In this document: piece by piece, positions 1-13,700 of the stretch | How positions within the stretch are numbered: position 1 is the first letter of the stretch | How the letters are laid out: each line of letters starts with the position of its first letter | DNA from: Barthelona sp. PAP020 | Lineage: Eukaryota | DNA: 58,172 nucleotides | Assembly (NCBI GenBank): GCA_040182905.1 | Contig: JARQWU010000035.1 | Span: forward strand, 1-58,172 | Direction of reading: 5' to 3' | Notes under the pieces: model-generated | Database searches by the model: none | Told to the model about the DNA's origin: nothing | The model's input: the letters and a program-made list of their open reading frames with translations, nothing else | Translations under genes and position numbers: made by a program

Positions 1-197
1 TTTTTTTTTTTTTTTCAAAGATATTTTTTTTAAGTCCGATATTTGTTTCTCTTTTTCTTTATAAATTATAATTTAATCCTGTTTCTTTGTTTTATTGAAT
101 TAATTAAAAAGGTTTTTTACTGTTTTTCTCTTTTGGAATAAAAACTGTTGTGACAAATTTTAACAGCAAAAAAAAAAAGATTCAAGTTTTACAAAAA

Positions 198-755
198 TTA
201 GTCAGCATACAAAAATAGCCTTTCAGCAACATTTTCAATTATCCACTCACATCCTTCTTTAATATTTAATCCCGTAACTGCAGAACAAGGAACAATTGAC
301 CATTGTCTATTACCAATACTGCTTAGTTCTAAAATTTCGGCAATTTCATCTTCCGATAAAGCACCATCAATATCTTGTTTGTTGGCTAAAACAAGTAATG
401 TAGCACCTGCAAGCTTTTCAACCTTTAAAACTGATTTCAATTGATCTCTACACTGTTCTAATCTTAATTTATCGGCAGAATCAACAACCCAAATGATCCC
501 TTCTGTAGTTTCAAAATAATTTTTCCAATAAGTACGAATTGTCTTTTGACCACCAATATCCCACAATTCAACGGAATACGATTCATACTGGTACGGAAAT
601 ATATTGAATCCAAATGTCGGATATACTTTAGAAATATCTTGATACATCAATCTAGCCATGGCTGTGGTCTTTCCACTATTATCTAATCCCAATACTAATA
701 TACGCATTTGCTTGTCATTTAAACGAGCTTCTCGAATTATTGATAACAAACCCAT
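198..755 (-). CDS. ARL2: ADP-ribosylation factor-like GTPase 2 (tubulin-folding cofactor D partner)
   Basis: 185 aa. Shows MGLLSII N-terminus, P-loop GLDNSGKT, WDIGGQKTIRTYWKNYFE, EKLAGATLLVLANKQD and CSAVTG. The C-terminal AERLFLYAD matches ARL2 rather than ARF or ARL3. Confidence 0.93.
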   Translation of the reverse strand: MGLLSIIREARLNDKQMRILVLGLDNSGKTTAMARLMYQDISKVYPTFGFNIFPYQYESYSVELWDIGGQKTIRTYWKNYFETTEGIIWVVDSADKLRLEQCRDQLKSVLKVEKLAGATLLVLANKQDIDGALSEDEIAEILELSSIGNRQWSIVPCSAVTGLNIKEGCEWIIENVAERLFLYAD

Positions 756-773
756 TTGGAAAAAAAAAATATA
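756..773. promoter_or_regulatory. Minimal divergent spacer with T10 tract upstream of ARL2
   Basis: 18 bp between opposing ATGs; the minus strand reads T10-CCAA-ATG. Confidence 0.5.
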
Positions 774-1520
774 ATGGATGTTTTATCAGCAGTCGGCTTA
801 GATGCCAATGAAGTACAATTTTCAAATGCAATATCTGTTGATGTGTTTGGTCTTGATTTATCATTAACCGAATTTTCTTCAACAAAAATTGATGAAATGT
901 CATTCAACGATTTGATTAATTTAATCAACGAAAAGCGCTATTGCGGTTTTGCAAAAGCTTCAACAGACATCTATATGTCATTTTCAAAGGATTTTCTTAA
1001 CATTGAATTGCCAAAGTCATTATCATACACTCAACCTTTTAATACGCCCAAACAAAAAAAACCTTATGATGATATTTCCCATTTGTATTTGGATTTAAAT
1101 GATAAAAAGACTGATATAACTTTGCTTCTAGAATCACAGACATTATCCAGCATTTTGCTGACAGTTATTTTTGTCGATGAACAAACAACAGCCAACGTTG
1201 ATAAATATTCGACATTTTTTCCAAAAAATCTTGATGATGATGATTGTATGTCATTCTATTTCTTTTCTTTGATAAATGAATTACCCTTTATAAAATCTGA
1301 CAATGTTCATTGTTCCATTAGCTTAGACACAGAACCAGTTAATTTGGATAGAATTCATTTGGATTGTTGTCCTGTAGCAAAAATTCTTGAGGAATTTTCG
1401 AAAATTGAAAATTTTTGCTGCATAAAATTTGAATTAATTTTCAACGGTTGTGTTGATTATATCATTTTACATAATTACAGAGGAAAAATGGAAATTTTAC
1501 ATACAAACAAGCCCTTATAA
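774..1520 (+). CDS. Hypothetical protein (248 aa); weak resemblance to RNase P/MRP subunit Rpp40
   Basis: The ORF track starts at a TTG (756); the first in-frame ATG is 774. The segment MSFNDLI..RYCGFA..DIYMSFSKDFLNIELPK..LYLDLND loosely echoes the Rpp40 N-terminal pattern. That resemblance is by eye only. Confidence 0.6.
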   Translation: MDVLSAVGLDANEVQFSNAISVDVFGLDLSLTEFSSTKIDEMSFNDLINLINEKRYCGFAKASTDIYMSFSKDFLNIELPKSLSYTQPFNTPKQKKPYDDISHLYLDLNDKKTDITLLLESQTLSSILLTVIFVDEQTTANVDKYSTFFPKNLDDDDCMSFYFFSLINELPFIKSDNVHCSISLDTEPVNLDRIHLDCCPVAKILEEFSKIENFCCIKFELIFNGCVDYIILHNYRGKMEILHTNKPL

Positions 1521-1757
1521 ATATTTTAATCAAATGTTTCTTTTTTCAAAAATTGGTATTTTTCACTCAATGAAAGCAATTAAAAGTGTCTAAGGAATGA
1601 AAAACAAATCTAATCAAACAAGGAAAAAAAACTAACACAATAGTTTATACATTTCGAAGGTCCAATTTTTTTGAAAGAGAAAGGCTCAAATTACTCTTTC
1701 AAGTCCTTAAAAAACGAAAAATACGAATTTTAAAAAGTTTAAATGTTATTTGGGCAT

Positions 1758-4700
1758 CTAAAATTGAAAAATATCCACAGGAATACTGCTAGAGCTCCTT
1801 CTTTTGTTTGTCGAATTTTCTTCCCAAAATTGATGTTCCAAAGATAATATTGGGTTTTTTATTTGATTGTGCATGAAAGAAGGACTATTATCATCTTTAA
1901 CATTAATTTTACCACTGACAAAAGCTTTATAGACTTCATATATAACAATAAATCCAATTATTGCTGAACAAAAAGTGAAGATGTTGCCTATAGATTCTGA
2001 AGATGTTGAATCAGAGGAATTCAAGGAGAAAGCAAAAGCCATCATCAAAATGAGACTGATAAACATCAACTCCAGATTATACAACCTGTACATTTTTTCA
2101 GATTGGAAAGAATTCGTATTAACATTCAATAACAAGAATACAATCACGACAATTAACATTACACTGTTTTGAATGAAAGGCATAGGTGTTGCAATTGAAC
2201 CCAATAAACCAAAAATAATGGGGAATAAAACAAATCTGAAAATTGACATTTTAACGTTGGATTTGAACATGGATATCAATGGTTCCTTTTCTTTACTGTT
2301 ATCAAAATCACCATTCTTTGCGGAAAATGATCTTGTTATCAAAAATAATAGTGAAATCACACCCAATAATCCCAAAAATGAAATTATTAGCAAAGGAATA
2401 TATTCAGTAGATCCGAAAGTTATCATTGGCATGGTTGTTAATACATAAGAATTGTTTCTAGGTACTGTTGAAATGGATTCAAAGACCGAGATAGATAACG
2501 GTGTGATGAGACTTACAAATGTCATCTTACTGACGTTTCTCAAATTGTTTGCCTTTTTCCTATTTGTGAAAAACACAATTCCAGCAGCTCCACATAAACT
2601 ACCAATCGATATAACACGATAGTATGGAGTATCAGCAGTATACAATAGACAATCTAATAATTTTGATCGAGTTACATCCAAAAACATATAATCAAAGGTC
2701 AAACAAGCCCAAAACAGGGAAGAAGATAATTTAATTGGAATAACACGTCTCAAAACACCCAAACATTGGAAGAATAACACAGCATTTAACAGAGGAGCAG
2801 TTGTAACATTTCCAAGCGTTGAATCTTTATAAAAAACGTACAGAATTGCTAAATTAAAGATTGTCAATGCACTCACAATAGCTATTATCAAAATAGAAGA
2901 AGGACACTTAATACAACGAGGAACAGCAGTGAAATATCCATCTTCACAAACGTCACAAGCAGAACCTGTAGTTCCTTCATTGCATAAAATAACCTGTAAA
3001 TCATTGACTTCTGATGAATTCATGTTTTGACAGTTGCCCAAACATCCATCTCCTCGACATTCTCTTACAACACCATCAGTATCTTGGAAATATCCTGCGT
3101 TAATGCAAGTTAAATTTCCACCAAAACAAGTCATACCAACAGGACATGTGGAACAAATACCAGGTTCAAACTCAAACATGGCACCAGAACATTCACAGAA
3201 AGTTCTTGATTCTGAAGCTACCATGGTTAAGGGACAACTGATACATTCAGCATTTTCAATGGTATTTGCGTAGGAGTTTTCATCACATCTTTGACATTCA
3301 TTATCATCTTCACCTCTATAAGTACCAGCCAAACATGGTTCACAAGCAGTAGCTCCTTCTTGACTAGTCCATTGTCCAACTTCACAAGAATAACATGCAT
3401 GTGACGACTTTTCTGGATTATAAGTTCCAGGTTTACATTTTTGGCATTCTCCATCAATTATCCCCTCACCTGCATTACAAACAAGTATACTTAAAATAAC
3501 ATCTACTGTTGGCAATCCAGGAGTATAAACTTGAATGGTGTGATCAGCAGGAATTCCAGAAATTGAAAAGCCATTGATATTACCAGTTCCATGAATGGTT
3601 TGTCCACTTCTTTCACCTTGTAACGCAATTGATGATGTGGTCGTTGCTATCTCAAACATTCTGTTTGAATCTGTTTGAACAATTGAATTAAAACCATCCA
3701 AGACATGCAAGTTAATCGAATATATTGGATCTTCATCCATACTTGTAGAATTCAACACTGTAACATTCACCAATCTGGCATCAGATGCAAAATTACTTCC
3801 GTATAATGAAGCAAAATTATTAACATTGATAAAATCTGCAATTAAAGGCAATTTCTTTCTATTGGTATAGAAACATCCTCCAATAGCTGCAGAATTTTCA
3901 ATACATGTGATATTGCTCAATTTATTGTTTGAAGATGTTTGATTTTCAACTTTACCTTCATAAAATTGCTGTAAAAGTTCAATATTTAAGTTACCATTTG
4001 ATTCTAAAGAAGCAATGGCACCTCCAACACCACTAGAAACCATATTACCCATGAAAGTAACGTTATTGAACAGAATATTGTTTTCTACGTATATTGCACC
4101 ACCAGCAAATACCGAAGAACAATTTGAAAAAGAAGAATCTAAAACGGTTAATGGCATATCAGTAGAAATGACAGAACCAAAGTCTGCACTTGTGGAAATT
4201 TCATCAAATGTACTATTGATAATTTTGGTAGATCCTCGAAGATTAAAATTGTCTGTTTGAACGAAAATTTGACTATTTGATAAATTAATATTTTTAAATT
4301 GACTGTTTTCAACAAATAATGAACAATCAAACAAATCAATCAATGGCTTGGAAGCATTGATATTTAAAATTTGACATTCTTTCAACTGAATATCAGAATC
4401 CTTTCCAACAATCACAGATTTTGAAATATTTAAATCACCAATAAAACAATTTTCAAATTTGATTGAACCATCAAATAAAGAAATAGGTCTTTGAGTAGAA
4501 TTTTGACTCAAAGAAAAGTTCATCAAAATGACTTCACTCTGTATTCCTTCAAAATATGGTAAATTTGAATCAGAAATTTCATAATTCAATGAAGATTCAG
4601 TTAAAGTTATATGGTTTTCACTGTCAAAAAGAACGTTTTCAAAAACTAATTCTGAATTTGTACTTTCAATTCCAGTAACATCTTCAATTTTGCTGTTTGT

Positions 4701-7700
4701 CATTGAAACAATTGTTTGTGCAAATATTATTGACTTATTATTGTATTGCTTGAAAGAAGAATTGTCAATGATCACCCAAGAATTCTTAAATCGTAATTGA
4801 TAACCATTTACACTTGCATATTTGTTGATATCGATTGTAGAACGTACAAGTTCAATGTATCCCGTTGAATTGACAATTGATACATTATTAATCAAACAAT
4901 TAGAATTGATAAGTTGAATTGAAGGACTTTTAATTACATTACCAACTTTCAAAGTGCTTGAGTTACAAATGGTATTATTAACAAAGTTAAGATCAACACC
5001 ATGGAAATCTAATAGTCTTGAAACGTTGTTGAATTCAATATTCTTTATTTCCCAATGCTTTAAAGCACCAAGACTGATCACTCTAAACAATGCTTCTGTA
5101 ATATTCGACACAATCATTGCATTATCTTTTCCAATCATTACAACATTTCGTTCATTACCAACAAAGAGTTGTTTCTTGATATCAATAGTATTGTGTAATA
5201 TCAAAGTGCTGTTGTTTTCAGTTCGTTTTAATGCTGTATCAATGGTAAAACATGGATCTTCAACATAACCACAACATAAATTATCGTTTCCGTTTAACCC
5301 ATCAACATGTGCCACACTAAGGAGACTACTGTCAAAACTATGTGTTAAATCAGCATAGAACAAAGTATCATTATAAACAAAATTGAAAGCAGATCCACAA
5401 CTCATAATAGGGTCGGCTGTAAAAGTTCCTTGATGAGTTTGATATTTGATGAAAGGATATTTTAATGGTTCCATCAATGTTTCAGGATTGAAATCAATGA
5501 TGAATTGACCATTCAAATCAATATGACCATTTACTTGATATTGTTTGGTTTCATCTGTTGTAGCATCTAACTCAGAGTATACTATTGAATTCTCAGATAA
5601 TTTCACATCACCATTGAATATCAAAAGATTTTCAGACTTTAATGTTCCGTCATTTACAACTGTTCCTTCAATTATTCCGTTACCTCTAATTTCTTGAGTC
5701 TCATTGATATATATTCTTTGATAACTCTTGAACAAAGATTCATCAAGATAAACAGAAGTATTTTTATTCATGTTTAACTCTTCAACAACATAATCTGAAT
5801 TGATTAATGTAATATTGTTGAAGTTCAAATAGACAGGTAATTTCATTTCAATATTGCAATTTTCCAATTTGATCATATCATCAATTTCAACAAAACCACA
5901 CTTATCATCATTGATTTTGCAACTAATGGAGAAATTAAGCCCATTTTCTTGTAAAGTATCCAAATAAATGGAAGTATTCTTTGAAATAATACCTTTATTT
6001 GAAATATCATCAGAAACAATGGTATTAATATGGATAGTTGAATTTGTGATTTCAAATGATTCTTCAAAGTTCACAATATTGATATCTCCAGTCATATTCA
6101 AGAGACCATTCAAATGCATTGTGTTAACGCTACAATTCATACAGTTGAAAACACTATCAATCATAATTTTGGTAATATTTGCATCAAAAGTAGTAAAATT
6201 ACCAGTATTTACTGAGATTTCATCAATAATAAACATTTTTTCTTCACAATCAATCGTAAAATTACCACCATTCACAATAATATTTTTGAATCTGTTATTA
6301 TCTTGTTCAATTAATGTAAAACCAGAAGAAATAATTGTACTAGCAATCAGTTCAGAATTATTAATAACTAATTGTCCTGCACTTCTTAAAACACATTGAG
6401 AAACATTCAAATGTGCATCTGATGTTGAGAAAAACATACCATCATCTTTTATCTCAAATAAATTAAAACCTATTCTTGTGTTATTCACATCAACAATACC
6501 ATTTTCAACAACCATCTTATAATCATCACAAACACTGTTGACTATCATCAATTCTGATTTTGTATCGATAGATACATTATAAGAATCAATACCATCTAAT
6601 CTAAGAATTGCATCGTTAAGAATAGTTATATCTGTGAGATTTCCATTAACAGTCGTATTCCCTTTGTTGTTTAGTACACATTCAAACAAATTTCCTTTCA
6701 ATATAACACTGTTATTTTGAACAACGTGTATGAAACTATGATTAAAAACACTACTGTTGGTTGAGGTTAAACTGTCAAGAAGAACTATGTTACCAGTGAT
6801 ATAACCTTCATTGGTAACATTTTCTTTCACATATAGACTGCCATTTGAAGCATCTATTGTCGAATCTTTCATAAATTTCATCATCAATATCTCAATATTG
6901 TCAATAGCTCTGATAGAACCATAATTCACACCAATTGACTTGTTAACATGCCCAATATTCAAAGTACCATCATTAGATACTACATTACCATAATTAATCA
7001 ATTTTACATGAATATTCGATGCATTTCCGCCTATTTTTTCAACAATTCCGTAGTTTATCAGCGTAGCATCACATGTAATGTTATTTTTCATTGAAGTATA
7101 AATTGATGAACTGTTTTCTAGAGTTAATATGGTATTGTTACTGATCATTAATTCAGAATCACAATCAAGTCGAATATCTCCAATTAATTCAGCTTTACAA
7201 ACAATATCTAATGTATGTCCTTTAAGAACTGTGAAATCATTACCAAAAATAACATTACATACAGTCGTATTACCATTACCATCAATGAAATCACTGATAA
7301 AACTGGAATTTTGAGCATAAACTTCAATATTGTGCGTCAAGTTTGAATAATTTGTCATTTCAATTTCACTAACATTGACATCTCCCATATTACTCTCAAT
7401 AAACAATGACGAGTCATTCAAATGTATTTCATTAATTTCTCCAATAGTATGATTAACACTGCTTACCAACAACAATGATTCATTGAGGTTCAGTTCTTTG
7501 ACATCAAAATTCAAAAGAGAAATGTTATCCAACATGAAATCAGATCTATCAAGAGTTACATTTGAATTGTCAAAATCAACATAAGTAAACCTACTCAGCT
7601 TGAAATATGATGTACTCTCCAGTATAACGGATAATTTAATTGAGATATTTGAGACATTCAAATTAACACTTGAATTGTCATTCAATTGAACATCCAATAA

Positions 7701-10700
7701 ACTAATGTTTCCACTCTTACCATTAGAAATAAGATCTAATTTTGAGTTCTCTAAATTAATAACTGAACAAATAAACATAATCCTATCAAGATCTTTGACA
7801 CCACTGATATTTAAAGTTGACTCACCAAGAGAAATCTCTTCAATGTAAACATTAATTTGTCTTGTATCAACCATGTCTATGATGGAGTTAATACTGTTTA
7901 AGGAAATATTTGATTCAAAAAGATCCAAATTCTTCAATAGAACACTGCTTTGTTCAATATTCATTTTTGATATGTTAACGCTTCCATACACATTTGAAAC
8001 TATATTCACTTCACTGTCAACAACATATAAATCATAGTTCTTCAAAACTATCTTATCAGTTGTCATGTCAATTGTTGATTCAATTATTTTGGTTTCATTT
8101 AACCCAAACTTGACAAAGGTTTGATCCATAATTGTCATGTTGCTTGAACTAAAAGTCATCAGAGCTGATTCAACAAAGAAGTTTGTTTCTGTGACTGTAA
8201 TATTTGATTTCAAAAATTCAATCATTCCAGAATGATTGAAAAAACTGTTAGTTATCTCCAAATCACTGTCAACAAACGAAATAGCTGAAACATTTAATCG
8301 GGAATCAACCACCAAAATACTACCGTTCATAGATTTTAAAATACTGCTGTTGATAGTCGAATTTTCAATATTTCCAACACCAAATTGTTTATTATTCATA
8401 TCAAACAAAGCAAAGATTGAATCAATCAACAATAAATCCAATTCATTTTCAATGATAAATGATTTACCGACTGCATTCACATAAACGTCCTTTATGTTCT
8501 TAATCAACCCAAAGACATCAACCATACCATTCATTATAAGATGACCTTCATTCATAATCAGTCCAGTATTAAGAACATATCCTTCATTCAATGATCTCAT
8601 TTCTCCAGTATTGGATATATGTAAAGTACCATCATCATTAATGGTGATATTTCCATTAGAAATGATGATTTCTTCTAAAATCAATGTACCATTATCAATC
8701 TTAAACAAGCCATTCTCATGATTACTGAGATCTAACTTCCAAACAAATGTGGTTGACTCTTTTTTAACAATGGTTCCTCTGTTATTAATTGTGACAGAAT
8801 TAGCACAACTTTCTTTGGTTTTTATGAAACCGCTGCTACTGATAATCATAATCACATCTTTTTCAATATTCAAAGAAGAATTACATCCCAAAGTAAGAGA
8901 ACCGGTATTTACAAATGTAATACTTTTGGTGATATTCAATGAATGATTGTCACCTACAATCAAATCCCCTTCAATAACCATTTCTTCGAAGGTTGACATG
9001 GAAACACCATTAATATAAGCTTTTCCAATTCTTCCATGGACCACATCAATATTAGAATGCAATAACATACCATCAGTAGCCATATCCAAATAATTAATTG
9101 GGATTGGTGTATCTGAATCATTGAAGACCACTTTTGAACTTGAATTAATGAAAAGTTTGTCAACAGTAATATCACTGAGTGACATTTCTTTCAAATTCAT
9201 ATTTCCGCCTTCGAAATTCAAAGTTGAATTTGTCATTGAGGCGTTTACATTTTCCAAAATTTCAAATAACCCTCCAGTTGATGTTAATTTGAAACCACTG
9301 ATAGTCAAATTAGATTCAGCATGTAAACCAATATAACCACCGGTTTGAATAACATCATTGATACAAGTTATTGTTGAATTCTTAAAGAAATTGACTTCAC
9401 CATTGGATACATTCAAGTTCAACAAAGGAATATTTGAACCACTCAAAAATGATGTCCTGCCACCTTCAGATACCAGGTTCATTTCAATAATAATAGCAGA
9501 ATCAGTGATATTCAAAGCACCAGAAGTAACCACAGTTAATCCATCCATATCATATAAACCGCCCAATAAAATTGAAGCTAGATTGGAATTCACATTCAAG
9601 ATGGATGTTTTATCACCAATGAAATGACTATTTTTGTCAAAATTGAAATTACCCTTCAACTCAAGTTTTGTATCATTGAATAATTGTATATTTCCATCGT
9701 TATATGAATCAATAGCCACTGATAATCCACCTTCTTTTATTAACAACAAACTTTCATACATATTGATGAATGACGTTTCAACAATAAAGAATTCATTTGA
9801 ACGTTTTGTAAACAGTCCATAGTTGATAATTTTTGGAATGTATTCTTCAGAAACAACTGAAGTCTTTATTGATCCACCAGATAAAGTGAAATTTCCTGTT
9901 TTTTCATTGATGAATTTGACATTTTTCCCCAAAGTAATTTTTCCTTCATTAAACATTGCGTTATTTAAATTATAAACGATATGTTCATGTTGAATAGAAA
10001 TGTTACAATTTGGTTCAAATATCAGCTCTTTATGGATGGTTAAAATAGTCTTATTTTGAATAATTCCTCCTTTAAAATGAACAAAATCACCATTCAAAGG
10101 GGTTAATCCATCTTTAATACCACCAAGGAAATACATATCAGTACAATTCAAAATTGTACTCGAATTATAATTGAATAATCCATCACTAATCGTAAGATTT
10201 GAACAACTAAAATTGTGGTGGAATTCATTGGCAAAATAGATTTCTCCATTAACCAAATTAAAACTAACATCCCAACCAATAAAATCACCCTTATAAACAT
10301 GTAATTTTCCCGTAGAACCTTTGACAATCACTTTGGTAGAATCCCATAGCATATCAATCCCATCTAAAATAATGGTACCTGAATCAATAACTAACAAGAA
10401 AAGGCTAGTTTGGGTTAAAGTGATAGGAGCAGTTGCTAATATATCTAATTTAGCATTGCTATATTCAGATATTAAACCTATATTGTCAATTCTTGACAAT
10501 GCATCAACAAAGATCCTTGAATTTGAAGCATGTAAAGTACAATTATATATATCTGCTGAATAAAACCCAATAAAACCATCATTGATTGATTTGAAAACTC
10601 CCTCAAAATCAGTTAAACCATACACTGTTACATAACCTTTGTCAGTCGTTGAAATTAAATTTCCTCTTCCAAATATCTTAGAAGATTTAAAGAAATAAAC

Positions 10701-13700
10701 GTTGGATCGAATATCCAAATAACATGTAGTGTGTTTAATCGTGATATCATAAAGGAATTGTGAAATAGTGCCATAAATCCTCAAACCACAAATGTTCCCA
10801 AACTGAACACGCAAATTCCAATACATGGTGAAATAAGTATTGTCATAGTTTGATGTGACATTAAGTACACCAAGAACGGTCAAATTATTTCCATAATCTC
10901 TAAATACCCCATTAACATTTAGTTCACAATATTTTTCAACAATTATCAAACCATTTTTACTGTTTCCATCAATGTAAACTCTACCAACAGTGAAAAAATA
11001 TTTTGTATTTATGAAGACTGAAATATCTTTCATATTAGTAGTATAAACGTTCGTTCTGTTGACACCGAATGAACAACCATACAAACTACCATAATAAAAA
11101 TCTAGAGTGTCGATAAAAACAGCTCCTGAACCATCCCATTTCATATTGTTGTCAAAAATCGCATTACCAATGTTAAAATGAATGAAATGGGTTTGGGATA
11201 AAGTACCACCATTAAGAATAAGTCGGTCAATTCCAAGCCATTGTGAAACTGTACTTCTAAATTTAATTGTACACATATCAGCATTCAATTCAGTCATGTT
11301 GAAATCTGTAACATTAACATATCCAACAACATCAAATACAGACCCTGCACATAGCATAATGGTATTATTCAAAAATAATGATCCACCATTTTCAATTGTT
11401 AAAATAGAACCTCCGGTGATTTCGATGTAGTCAAGATGGGGTAAAACAACTCTATCCCCTAAAATCAATTCTCCACTGGATTGAATAAATATGCGTAACT
11501 TATAAACACTCAATAAGTTATTTCCAACATCAAATCTTGCAATGGCAGTGACAATATACAAAGTGAAGTTGTGCAAAATCATGTCTTCTCTGAACGTCAC
11601 ATTACTAACAGCTCCAATGACTTTAACATTACCAGTCATATTGAAAGTACAAGAAATATCACCAATTCCATATAACAGAATATTGCCATCTCCAAATATA
11701 TGGACATCTTCTGAAAAAGTTACGTTAGAACCAGATGTACATTTGAATTCGTATATTATATCAACAAAAGCTAAACTGTCAATGTGGACAATATTAGTGT
11801 AACTGACTCTATACCATTTTGCTACCGATTTAGAACGTTGATAATATGGCACATTAATACTGACATAATACGAAACACCAGTCTTTTGCGTCATATTACC
11901 ATAACTATATATGCCACAAATACCATTGCAACTAACATCATAAGACAATTGAATATTTCCAGTATTTTCAAAATATATAGCTCCATAATTAATCCACTTT
12001 GCATTGTTGACGAAAATTATTCGACCCTTCAAATAGTTAACATATGCATCACCATCAATAATGATGTTATCAACATCTAAATAAGCTGTGGTCTTTATAT
12101 TAATGAAACCAATTGAATTATTTTGACAAATAATTTGAGATCCTCTCAAAGTACCATCCAACCAATTCCATGTGCCGTTAAAATGCATTGTTTTAAGACT
12201 CCATAATGTTCCAGAACTTAAAAGAACATCCATAACATAAAATTCAGCCGTTAAATTGAAAAACATAACACCTCCATATACTCTAAGATAAGATAAAGTT
12301 GAATTAAATTTGGTTCTCCATTCAACATTACCTTCACTGACTTCAATTGTTAAATTGGTTGAAGAAAGATATACACTATCATCTAAGAGGAAATCTCCAT
12401 CATTTAGTGAGAATTTTCCATTATCACAATTCAAATGTGCTTCAGAATAGAAAACAGTAATACAAACAGAACTATCGGTCTGATATAAAACCAAATGATG
12501 AATAAACCCGTCTTTAAACACATAAAATCCACCACCAATATTAACAATATTTGAAGGCCCCCATATATCTCCATAAACATTGGCAATACCAACATCTATT
12601 TGCAATGTCAAACCGTTGATATAACAACCTTTCATGAATTCAATAGTTCCACCACTAACAAAATATTTTATATGTCTGTCTGAATATCCAAATATTCTCA
12701 ATCTTCCTCCAGTCATAATATGAACCTCACCATAACAAGTGATATTTCCATTGATGACCATTTCATCATAAACATATAAAACACTTGTTGAATCCATACA
12801 TAAAGTACCATTCAATTCAAAGTGGGCTTTGATGTAGGCTTTTGAATCATGAATTCTAGTTACAGCCGTTTCATTAACAAATACCGGTACTTTTAAATAA
12901 ATACGAGAATAAATATCAAATAAAGTGAAGTCAGTGAACAATAATGTTTGTTTACTACATTCCAGCCCGGCAAAACAATCAAAGGTGAAAAATTGATCAG
13001 TTTCAGAGACATTTAAAAGTGTGTTCTTTTCAAAAATAAGATGACTGTCTTCACCAAAACGAAGATAACCACAATTAAGTGACAGAATTTCAAAAATACC
13101 ATTACGAATCAACAAACTAGAATAGGAATCAATAAAATGGGTATTACAAGTACTTAGTTTAATTTTTAAATTTCCATTAAAAGAAGTGAGGATTGTAGAG
13201 TCTTTACCAATACCCCCACCTAACCAATTCCATTCATCTCTAATAAAAACAGTTTCATTTGAATCTATTGTGTTAATAGTAGCACTTCCATTTGTTAACA
13301 ATTGAGAAACATTGAAATGATGTGAAGAAAAATTGAAATTAACCAAGCTGTCTTCATGAGCTGAAATACAAGGAACAATATCATGATTAGACAGTGAATA
13401 ATCTTCAAATGTAATGTTGCCACCATCCAAATGTAAGCATGTCACATCTAATGTGACATTAGCATCACGACACAAATGAACATTTCCACCATGTTGATCA
13501 AATGAGACAATATTTAAAGTTAAGTTGTTTTCAAACTTAACAAGCCCATCAACAATGTTAGGTAAACTCAATTCTTGAATAATAGATCCATCATGGAATA
13601 TTAAAACTGCATCAGAATACATATTTTTTATAATCACACCATCCAATATTGAAGGACCAAAATCAAGGTAATCACTGTAAAATTGATACACAGTAACATT

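Noticed and set aside
1..197. Poly-T start as telomere or retro-element tail
   Set aside because: No tandem telomeric unit or element ORF; similar homopolymers occur in all intergenic regions here.
715..928. Two short minus-strand ORFs (62-63 aa)
   Set aside because: They overlap ARL2 and the 774 gene and show no protein-like features.
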